Origin: Opitutales bacterium
GTDB taxonomy: Bacteria; Verrucomicrobiota; Verrucomicrobiia; Opitutales; JABSRG01
Direction of reading: 5' to 3'
DNA: 16,733 nucleotides
NCBI GenBank assembly: GCA_049599475.1
Contig: JBMYOQ010000082.1
Span: forward strand, 1 to 16,733
Shown here: positions 1 through 7,549 of the stretch, in pieces
How the letters are laid out: every line of letters starts with the position of its first letter
How positions within the stretch are numbered: the stretch's first letter is position 1
The notes under the pieces: model-generated
What the model was told of the DNA's origin: nothing
The model's input: only the letters and a program-made list of their open reading frames with translations
Database searches by the model: none
Translations under genes and position numbers: made by a program

Positions 1-165
1 TGCTACCGATGGCATCATCGTAAAGGTAGCGACATTCTAAAGCGGTTCGCGGCCCTGAGTAAAATCGAAGGGCGTCTTGCGGGCCCTCAGAACGCCAAGG
101 CGACCGAGGAGAGGCTTTCTCAAAACTCGCTGGCAGCCTCTAATACCGAATCCCGAAAATATTGA
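1..165 (+). CDS. Possible 3' end of an unidentified gene entering from the left edge (partial)
   Basis: Frame 1 is open from base 1 to TGA at 163-165 (CYRWHHRKGSDILKRFAALSKIEGRLAGPQNAKATEERLSQNSLAASNTESRKY*). No recognisable motif. The stop lies inside the left terminal repeat of the MITE. Confidence 0.3.
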   Translation, partial: CYRWHHRKGSDILKRFAALSKIEGRLAGPQNAKATEERLSQNSLAASNTESRKY

Positions 166-406
166 TCAGATAGGTGTAATGAAAATCGAAGCAGTGCAAG
201 GCGCAGCATCAGGATGACATCGGGATGCCTGACTGATGCTGGAACGCCGCAAACTTCGATTTTCATACATCCGAAGGACAGACTCAGAGGGCTGATTGCG
301 GCGTTCCCTGAAATGGACAGGGTCTCGACCCAATCCATTTCAGGCGCCTTGCACTAAGCTCTCTGAATTCTGCCTATTTAATCAAGATTTTCGGGATTCG
401 GTATTA
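141..406. mobile_element. Non-autonomous MITE-like element (266 bp) with TA ends, ERIC/RUP/Correia-type
   Basis: 34-bp terminal inverted repeats at 141-174 and 373-406. The outer 20 bp (TAATACCGAATCCCGAAAAT) match perfectly, with 3 mismatches over the full 34. The IR stops exactly at a TA on each side (141-142, 405-406). The interior is highly palindromic with no credible ORF. Confidence 0.75.
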
Positions 407-762
407 TTCAGACAGGGTTTACAAGACTCACAGGGAATCAAGAGAAGGTAAGTTCCTAGGTTTGAAAGCAATTCGCTCCATCCACTTAATCAAACGCAGG
501 AATATCCAATTCAACACCCCAGCAAATCGAGTCTAAAAACAGTTTTGGGACAGACTCAGAACAAGAACGGTTGACCCTACCCGTTAGGCACCGACTTTTC
601 GAATGCTATTATCGATATAGCGCGATAGCACGCACTCTATCCGGCCAAACGGCGCCGTCGCGTCCTTTCCAGAGAGGCCAAAGGGATCTAAGAATACTTT
701 GCTGGTCACCCGCCTTTTCAAACTATGATAAGCCCGGGAGCTGTGGGGTGAACCCAAGAGTA

Positions 763-1197
763 CTACACGGTACGGCCATACACTGCCGCTTCGAGGAAGT
801 GCGCGAGCCCGTTGTAGTGAGAATCAATCCTACGGATTCTGAAGAAACTTCCGCTCTTGGTCTCGATCTTGAGAAGGTTCGAGCCGAATTTGTAGTGCAA
901 GCGCTCTATGCTTTTGTAGGGAATTTCAACAGTCCTCGGTATTCCAAAGAGCACTACACTATCCGAGTGTAGCTCCACTTTCTGGACACCGCTCAAGTGT
1001 ATACTCAAGCCTATCCCAGAGAGTCCTAATATCAGCATCGAGAGATGCCATAAAACAGGGATATCTACCGTTAGGAAGCAGATCATACACAGTAAGTTCG
1101 AGACGAGAGCTATTGCGGACCAAGCCAAAAAACGCCGTGTGAGTAGCTTTCGTCGAAATCGTTTGAAGCGCTTAGCTTCTGGATTACGCTGATTCAT
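763..1197 (-). CDS. Hypothetical membrane protein (basic N-terminus, two hydrophobic helices, beta-rich PH-like C-terminal part)
   Basis: 144-aa ATG ORF. Hydrophobic segments FLAWSAIALVSNLLCMICFLTV and VLWHLSMLILGLSGIGLSIHL are followed by VEIPYKSIERL/LKIETKSG, a pattern typical of bacterial PH-like domains. Confidence 0.6.
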   Translation of the reverse strand: MNQRNPEAKRFKRFRRKLLTRRFLAWSAIALVSNLLCMICFLTVDIPVLWHLSMLILGLSGIGLSIHLSGVQKVELHSDSVVLFGIPRTVEIPYKSIERLHYKFGSNLLKIETKSGSFFRIRRIDSHYNGLAHFLEAAVYGRTV

Positions 1198-1267
1198 AAG
1201 GGGAGGTAGGGTGACTTTAAGAGGAGCCTTTAAAATCCACAGTTTCCGTCATTTTTCAAATATAAAA

Positions 1268-1293
1268 TTTATGTAAAACAATATTTACATAAA
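1268..1293. promoter_or_regulatory. Perfect palindrome, putative operator (TGTAAA-N6-TTTACA)
   Basis: TTTATGTAAA-acaata-TTTACATAAA: 10-bp perfect arms with a 6-bp spacer, 70 bp upstream of the 1197 start codon in an AT-rich intergenic region. Confidence 0.45.
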
Positions 1294-2037
1294 AATCCCC
1301 ATTTTTCCGCACCTCGAAATGTTCATTAATACAATTCTGACTCAAATAATGGAGTTTATGACCGAGCGGATGCACTCAGTCGCTTACGCAACGAATGAAA
1401 CATTATCGACCATGAAATCAATCATAGAGCGACTTTTTGGACCATAGATTCAAATTCAAACGAAGATATTAAAGCTATAGAGAAATGTTTCTCGCTGAGT
1501 ATCCCTACATCTGCTTGTTACGCTCTATATGCCGATATCCGATACTCGATTACCACAGAATCCGCCATACTTATTGTAAATAACTCTTCAAGAAATAGGA
1601 TTCAAAATCGAAGTCCACGCAGGACTCCCTATTTTTCGGAAAGCAACGATTGCCAGAAACTGAGCAGTACTTTGCTTCAATAGACTGATTCAGTATTGAT
1701 TCGATGACCGCGTATTTTTAGGTCTGCAATATTGTATACAAAAACAAATACAATCTAACTTAGTTTTGTATCGAAAATATAGTATGCTTTATTTTCGCGA
1801 TGGTGTGGGCGCGCGTTTCATTTAGGACAAACCGAATTAAGAATTTCTGTTTATGCATAGCGAGATTTGGTCACGCATTCGGACCAATATTCGGGATACA
1901 TTCCTTGAAAGAACGGATAGCGTAAATCGATTATAGAGAGTCCATCCGAATGAGATGCAGAATTCTGATTGTTCGGGCGAGGTTATGTCCACAGGCTCAG
2001 CAGAGCCCAACAGCATAGGCGGCTTAGGCCGAGTGAT

Positions 2038-2061
2038 GACCGCTGGAGATCGGTCCCTACC
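2038..2061 (-). repeat. GTAG-type REP-like palindrome (copy with a 1-nt shorter loop)
   Basis: The minus strand reads GGTAGG-GACCG-ATCTCCAG-CGGTC: a GTAG tetranucleotide followed by a short hairpin. Confidence 0.6.
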
Positions 2062-2136
2062 TTTTGGATCCTCGGGTGAGGTGATGTCCACTGCGTCGGC
2101 GGAACCCAACAGCATAGGCGGCTTATGCCGAGTGAT

Positions 2137-2161
2137 GACCGCTTGGAGATCGGTCCCTACC
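2137..2161 (-). repeat. GTAG-type REP-like palindrome
   Basis: The minus strand reads GGTAGG-GACCG-ATCTCCAAG-CGGTC. It lies 50 bp downstream of the response regulator stop codon, a typical extragenic position. Confidence 0.65.
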
Positions 2162-2211
2162 TTTTGGGGAGCTTTCAGCACACAGGCGAGGCATACGGAC
2201 CTTTAATTGAT

Positions 2212-3063
2212 TTAATTCTCTAGATCCTTTTCGCCGTTCTCCAAGCTGCTGAGAAGGATCCTGGCCTGCTCCAGCTTGCCGCTTTCGACGGATAGTTTCT
2301 CCGTCAATTCGTTCACGACAGTCTCTTGGTTGATGAGAAATTGCTGTAAAGCCCGCGTGGGAGTTGCGGGCACATCGCTTAGGTCCCGCCGAAAGACTTT
2401 TTTGTTTTCCCCATTTGGGAGAGACACAAAATCGTCGCAAATAAGTGCCTTCGACGTGATCTTCTTTGGCTTCACTTCAACGAGGCGAAGTGGATATTCC
2501 GGAGCTACGGTATAGATCGTCTTTCCATTTACCTCTTGATCCCACTTCTCAGTAAGCGAGGCAGCCAGCTGCTGGACTTCCTCTGGCTCAAAGGGTTTCC
2601 GGAGGATAAGGAGATTATCCCGTTTGCCAAATTGCCTGCGAATAGACTCCCAACTTACATCCGAGTAGGCCGAACAAATCACGACTTGGAGACGCGGATC
2701 ACATCTCCAAAGTTGTTCAATTGTTTCCACACCATTCCACCCCGGAGGCATACGCATGTCCACAAAGGCCAAAGAAATAGGATTATCGCTATCCTTAAAC
2801 TTCGTTAAAATATCTAGACCTTCCTTGCCGCCCAGCGCGTGCTCGAGTTCGAATTCAAATTCGTTCTCGTCGCCGTTCTGCTGCTCTACTTCCTCATCAA
2901 ACAGAAAGGCTTCAGCTGCTTCGAGCTCTTTACTCCCCTCTTCACCCACTGAGGAAAGAATTCGGCGGTAGTCATCGTGGATACTCTCGTTGTCGTCGAT
3001 GATAAGAATGTGCCGATTCACCGTTTCTGTTTCTGGGGGGGTGGCTGTGGGGTTGTTGTCCAT
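2212..3063 (-). CDS. Response regulator: N-terminal receiver domain plus unrecognised C-terminal domain
   Basis: ILIIDDN acidic pocket, AFVDMRMPPGWNG phospho-Asp, CSAYSD, LRKPF. The C-terminal ~105 aa end in a coiled-coil-like helix. Confidence 0.9.
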   Translation of the reverse strand: MDNNPTATPPETETVNRHILIIDDNESIHDDYRRILSSVGEEGSKELEAAEAFLFDEEVEQQNGDENEFEFELEHALGGKEGLDILTKFKDSDNPISLAFVDMRMPPGWNGVETIEQLWRCDPRLQVVICSAYSDVSWESIRRQFGKRDNLLILRKPFEPEEVQQLAASLTEKWDQEVNGKTIYTVAPEYPLRLVEVKPKKITSKALICDDFVSLPNGENKKVFRRDLSDVPATPTRALQQFLINQETVVNELTEKLSVESGKLEQARILLSSLENGEKDLEN

Positions 3064-3088
3064 AAGAATATTGCTAATGTATGAGGCC

Positions 3089-4090
3089 CTAGGAGACCTG
3101 GTTCAAATCGGATGCGAGGAATAGCCGAAACCTTGCGCCGCGTCCGACCCCAGCGCTGTCGACTTCGATGTAGCCTCCTAACTCGGTAGCGAGACGTTTA
3201 CAGCTGTGCAAACCAAAGCCATGACCATCGAGTTTGGTCGTGAAACCATGAGAAAATAACTGGGAGAATGCATCTTCGGAGATGCCAATTCCGGTGTCTT
3301 CCACCTCGATGCAAACCTTTGTGTCATCCACGGCCCACCCTCTCATGAAAATTTTGAGCTCCGACTTATCGTAGGACTCGCAGGCCTGTTTGGCATTGGT
3401 AATGAAATTCACGAGAATCTGCAGGATTTTGTGTCGATCGCTCTGGATCTCAATAAGGGGCTCGCAGTGCGTCTTCAAATCGATCCGATGACGCGTAATA
3501 GAAATGCGTGTTATTTGGACCGCTTCATTTATAATATGTTCCAAATCAACAGCATCCGTCATGGCGCTCTTGCGAGTTTTTAGCAAATCCTGTTGAACCC
3601 GGATCAATTCTTTCATGTGACCTACATGTTGTTTGATCTCTAAAATATCGTTGGTGACCTGCTCCGCCTCTTCGATGAGGACATCAGTGAGTTTCCTTAA
3701 ATAGTTCGGAATATGCTTTCCCTTGGGGTGGTCCTTGAAGAATTCGGTAGAATCTGCGCTTTGTTCGATGAGCTCGGTTAGTTTCTTCAATCCCTCGAGA
3801 CGAGCACTGGACTGATTTCCCTCAATCATTAGCACCGAGATATTGAGGCTATTGAGAACATTGCCCAAATTGTGGAATACGCCTCCAGCCATATCGGCTA
3901 GCGAAGCTTTGTTCACCAGGACAGACAACTGCTCCGTTGTCTGATAAATCAGGTGGCGCAGTTCCTCGGCGTCGGTGATGGAATCCAGCCGCTCCTGGAT
4001 CGAAGCCTTTTCGACCATTTCCTTGGTCGAAATTGAGTTGCGATTCGAGGCGTCTATATCTCCAGATTGTCTGATGGCTGAGGTATCCAT
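3089..4090 (-). CDS. Soluble histidine kinase (HisKA + HATPase_c) with no sensor domain
   Basis: H-box GGVFHNLGNVLN, N-box QILVNFITNAKQA, G1 DTGIGI, F-box LFSHGFTTK, G2 GHGFGL. The start is uncertain: ATG 4090 overlaps the upstream gene by 37 bp, and an in-frame ATG lies at 4018. Confidence 0.92.
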   Translation of the reverse strand: MDTSAIRQSGDIDASNRNSISTKEMVEKASIQERLDSITDAEELRHLIYQTTEQLSVLVNKASLADMAGGVFHNLGNVLNSLNISVLMIEGNQSSARLEGLKKLTELIEQSADSTEFFKDHPKGKHIPNYLRKLTDVLIEEAEQVTNDILEIKQHVGHMKELIRVQQDLLKTRKSAMTDAVDLEHIINEAVQITRISITRHRIDLKTHCEPLIEIQSDRHKILQILVNFITNAKQACESYDKSELKIFMRGWAVDDTKVCIEVEDTGIGISEDAFSQLFSHGFTTKLDGHGFGLHSCKRLATELGGYIEVDSAGVGRGARFRLFLASDLNQVS

Positions 4091-6363
4091 TTACTCAAAA
4101 CTGTAGAAATGTCCGAGGGCGTAGATGGCTTGGATAAGTAATCATCCATTCCCGCATCGTAGCACTGCTGAATCTCTTCGTCTACGACACACGCGGTCAT
4201 GGCAATAATTGGTATCTGCCCACCGGTCGCCAGCTGAATGCCTAACTTCCGAATATTTTCGGTGGCCTCCAGGCCGTCCATTTCGGGCATTTGGCAGTCC
4301 ATTAAAATACAATCGTAATTACCCGCTCGGGCCTTCTCAACCGCTTCAGCTCCATTGCCCGCCAATTCGACTTCGAGCCCCATGCGCTTGAGGATCATTT
4401 TAGAAACCCGCTGATTCACGATGTTATCTTCCGCGAGTAACACACTCCCGGTCAGCTTTTTAAGGACAACCGCTTCTTCACCCGTCGGAATGTCTCGTTT
4501 CATCCTGAGGAGCTGCCTCGTGATGACCGGTGTATCGACATGGAACACACGCTCACGGCATACGAGGGTAAGCGCGTAAATAAACTCGTATACATCCACG
4601 GGCATCGTGATATGCCCTCGGATATTGAAGGGGCGCGCCTCCTCGGTGGTTGGGTTGCGATAAGTGTGCGAAATAACGATTTTGGGTGCTGAGACGTTCA
4701 TCGTCTTGTCGATATTGCCGCATTGCTCTTTCACCGAATCCGTCAATTGATCCACATTGTAGATCACCATATCCAGTTCGTGGAGATCACCCTGTTTAGT
4801 GAATTCTTCGACACTCCGATGCACTGCAATATTACGCGTATACTTATTGAGCACATCGATCAGGTGAATCGCATCTCCTCGGACGTCGATTAAATGCAAA
4901 TCGCGCGTCTCGAGCTCAGAAGTGTTGATCTTCACCTTGTGGTCCTCTGGATCTGAGGATGCAGCAAACGGCACGGTGAGGTGGAAGGTGCTACCTTTAC
5001 CTACGGTGCTATCGACCGTGATGTTCCCGCCCATCATAGTGCTGAGTTTTGAGCTGATCTGCAGGCCAAGGCCGGTCCCTCCAAAGCGGCGTGTCGTTGA
5101 AGATTCTGCCTGAGAGTATTCTTCGAAAAGTTGATCTCGGACTGATTCGGGTATGCCGATACCAGAGTCTTCCACTGAGATTGTGAATAGTTTTTCCCCG
5201 TCTTGACCCTCTGAGAATTTCACAGAGACAAAGACCTGCCCTGTTTCAGTGAACTTAATCGCATTGGAAACAAGATTCGTGAGAATCTGCTTCAAACGGG
5301 TAGGATCGCCAATTACTCGAGTAGGCACCCAAAAAGGATAGGACGACCACAAGCCTATGCCTTTTTCGTGAGCACGACGGCCAAAGAGCTGTATGACATC
5401 ATTGATGCACGTCTGCATATCGAAGCGGATACTTTCGAGTTCCACGCGGCCTGCTTCGATTTTAGAGAATTCGAGGATATCGTTGATGATCATGAGAAGG
5501 TGGTCCGCCGAGGTACTCAGGGTTTTCACCATATCCTTCTGCTCTTCCGGCATCGGGAGTTCGTTCAAAATGTTGGATATCCCGATCACCGCGTTCAACG
5601 GTGTCCGAATTTCATGACTCATGCCTGCCAAAAAGCGACTTTTAGCCTGACTGGCTTCGATTGCCTCATTACGCGCCTCGACCAAGCTATTCTGGGTTTT
5701 CAAAAGCTCGGACGTCCTCGCTTTTACCAGATGTTCGAGCTCATCTCGTTTGGCGCGTGCAGTCTGGGCCAGAAACCATTTCTCCGACAACGATACCGCG
5801 AGCTGCCAGACTTCGCTCGTATCGAACGGTTTTTTCAGGATTAGGACGCGGTCGGACTCCTCATAGCCCAGCCGCTCCATAGTCTCGGCCCACGTGAAAT
5901 CACTATACGCGGTGCTGATGACGAATTGCATCTCCGGATCCACACGCACCAGCGCTTGAATCGTCTGCAAACCGTCCCAGCCCGGAGGCATACGCATATC
6001 GACAAATGCCAACTGAAAAGGTTCTCCGCGCTCGCGGGCTTTCACCGCCAACTCATAGCCCTGCTCGCCCTGAGTCGCCGTCTCTATCTCAAAATTATAT
6101 TCCTGCTTTTCGGATTCGGAATCAGCCTTACCCGCACTGTCTGTCTCATCGCCTTCAAACAAAAAGTCTTCCAGAGAATCTAGTCCCGAGTCGGCTTTGG
6201 GAGGACACAAGATCCGACGATAATCGTTTAAAACGCTCTCAGTATCATCGATCAACAAGACTCGTCGAGTCATCTGACGACGCGCATTTGGCCCCCCAAC
6301 CATGTTCTCATCAAACATATCGCGGGCCTCTTCGGCATTTGGTGGATCTAATAGGTCTCCCAT
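4054..6363 (-). CDS. Cytoplasmic hybrid histidine kinase (REC-HisKA-HATPase-pseudoREC-REC)
   Basis: N-terminal REC (LLIDDT, FVDMRMPPGWDG, LKKPF), H-box FLAGMSHEIRTPLN, N-box QILTNLVSNAIKFT, DSGIGI, GGTGLGL, C-terminal REC (LLAEDN, ILMDCQMPEMDG, AMTA, SKP). No transmembrane helix. Confidence 0.95.
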   Translation of the reverse strand: MGDLLDPPNAEEARDMFDENMVGGPNARRQMTRRVLLIDDTESVLNDYRRILCPPKADSGLDSLEDFLFEGDETDSAGKADSESEKQEYNFEIETATQGEQGYELAVKARERGEPFQLAFVDMRMPPGWDGLQTIQALVRVDPEMQFVISTAYSDFTWAETMERLGYEESDRVLILKKPFDTSEVWQLAVSLSEKWFLAQTARAKRDELEHLVKARTSELLKTQNSLVEARNEAIEASQAKSRFLAGMSHEIRTPLNAVIGISNILNELPMPEEQKDMVKTLSTSADHLLMIINDILEFSKIEAGRVELESIRFDMQTCINDVIQLFGRRAHEKGIGLWSSYPFWVPTRVIGDPTRLKQILTNLVSNAIKFTETGQVFVSVKFSEGQDGEKLFTISVEDSGIGIPESVRDQLFEEYSQAESSTTRRFGGTGLGLQISSKLSTMMGGNITVDSTVGKGSTFHLTVPFAASSDPEDHKVKINTSELETRDLHLIDVRGDAIHLIDVLNKYTRNIAVHRSVEEFTKQGDLHELDMVIYNVDQLTDSVKEQCGNIDKTMNVSAPKIVISHTYRNPTTEEARPFNIRGHITMPVDVYEFIYALTLVCRERVFHVDTPVITRQLLRMKRDIPTGEEAVVLKKLTGSVLLAEDNIVNQRVSKMILKRMGLEVELAGNGAEAVEKARAGNYDCILMDCQMPEMDGLEATENIRKLGIQLATGGQIPIIAMTACVVDEEIQQCYDAGMDDYLSKPSTPSDISTVLSKWIPQPSDNLEI

Positions 6364-6425
6364 GAACCCTCAATAGGTCGACCAGACTTCACCATAGCTT
6401 TAGCCGTTAAACATTTTATCCTGAC

Positions 6426-7442
6426 TTATTGAGAATTTGATTTCAGCAACCAATCAGTCACCTGCTCTACAGCGACCGATGCCGCCGCGCAACGAAACTC
6501 AAATTCTGGGAAAACCTCATTTTCTGAGGGCAACCAATATACCTGCCCATACCGCGCAGCCGCATCCGGATGTCCGACCAAATCCAAGCCCACGCGCCGC
6601 CTCAGCTCAATAGCTGCATTGACGAGGCTGTTCGGCATTTCAAGAACGGGCCCGTTTACCCCAGCCCGCCTACGCGCGATTTTTGCGATATCTTTAAACT
6701 CCAGAAAATCTCCCGCCAAGATTGCCCGCACGGAGGTCTGTTTTTTCACAATATCCCATAAGGTCGATGCGACGCTATCGCGATCGGCCACCCGAGTGCC
6801 TCCACGGCTCACCAAGCAGAGCTTCGAGGTGATCATCTCCCGGATCGAACCAGCCGTCACCATTTGCTCATCATCCGCTCCATAAACTTCGCCTGGATAG
6901 ACCACCGAAAAAGTGACTCCAGCCTCTTCGCAGCGATCTACCAACCAAGTTTCCGCATCAGCCTTCGCGGCTGCATAGGGGAAGCGCTCCCGACTCGGGA
7001 GCCAATGCCGCTGCCTGCTCAACCAATCCCGCTTGCAACTGTAGCCGCCCAAGGCAGCTGCTGAGCTGACATAAATAAAGTGCTTCACTCCAAGACTCAG
7101 CGAGTGCTCAAACACCCCTTTGACCGAATCGAGTATGATGTCGTAGACGCGTGGATCCTCCAGAAGGCTCCAGGACGATGGGCTCGCTAGGTGGACAGTG
7201 GTTTCGATGGACCGACCCGAAGGCCATGTCAAATTACCCTCCTGCAAGTCCCCAAAGCTCCATTCTGATACCGACATATCGCCAAACTGAGGTCTGAGTC
7301 GGTTCTGAGAACGCGCATGTGCGACAATTCCACAGCCCTCAGTCGGCGCCATCTCGAGCATCCGAGAGCCAATAAAACCACTCGCCCCCGTTATCCAAAT
7401 ACTGGGTTTGCTCGTTCGTCGGTCGGTTTCCTCAGAAGCCAC
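6426..7442 (-). CDS. NAD-dependent epimerase/dehydratase (extended SDR, dihydroflavonol reductase-like)
   Basis: Rossmann motif ITGASGFIG, HLAS, YVSSAAA, catalytic YAAAK, PGEVYG. GTG start. Confidence 0.88.
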   Translation of the reverse strand: MASEETDRRTSKPSIWITGASGFIGSRMLEMAPTEGCGIVAHARSQNRLRPQFGDMSVSEWSFGDLQEGNLTWPSGRSIETTVHLASPSSWSLLEDPRVYDIILDSVKGVFEHSLSLGVKHFIYVSSAAALGGYSCKRDWLSRQRHWLPSRERFPYAAAKADAETWLVDRCEEAGVTFSVVYPGEVYGADDEQMVTAGSIREMITSKLCLVSRGGTRVADRDSVASTLWDIVKKQTSVRAILAGDFLEFKDIAKIARRRAGVNGPVLEMPNSLVNAAIELRRRVGLDLVGHPDAAARYGQVYWLPSENEVFPEFEFRCAAASVAVEQVTDWLLKSNSQ

Positions 7443-7549
7443 GGCTTAAGATTCCGATCTCCCAATCGAAGCCTGACCTTCGCCAGTTTTTTGGACACCT
7501 AACAACGCGACAAAAGAGTGGGTATTTCTAGTCGTAGAGACTGTCCCCA

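Larger units (their letters stand above)
1973..2167. repeat. Tandem duplication, two copies with a 99-bp period, each ending in a REP palindrome
   Basis: Units start at 1973 and 2072. The aligned ~95 bp differ by 9 substitutions and one extra T. Confidence 0.92.

Noticed and set aside
120..338. 72-aa minus-strand ORF
   Set aside because: Lies almost wholly within the palindromic MITE and has no protein-like features.
571..972. 133-aa plus-strand ORF
   Set aside because: TTG start, overlaps the more plausible 763-1197 gene on the opposite strand, and has no motif.
1252..1293. XerCD dif site
   Set aside because: TTATGTAAA resembles a XerD arm, but the arms are oriented opposite to dif and no XerC-like arm ending in ATAA lies 6 bp away.
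61..1613. AAAATCGAAG at 61, 182 and 1604
   Set aside because: Short, irregularly spaced, and the flanks are unrelated, so no function can be supported.
1973..2167. CRISPR array
   Set aside because: Only two units, the would-be spacers are homologous to each other, and no cas genes are present.
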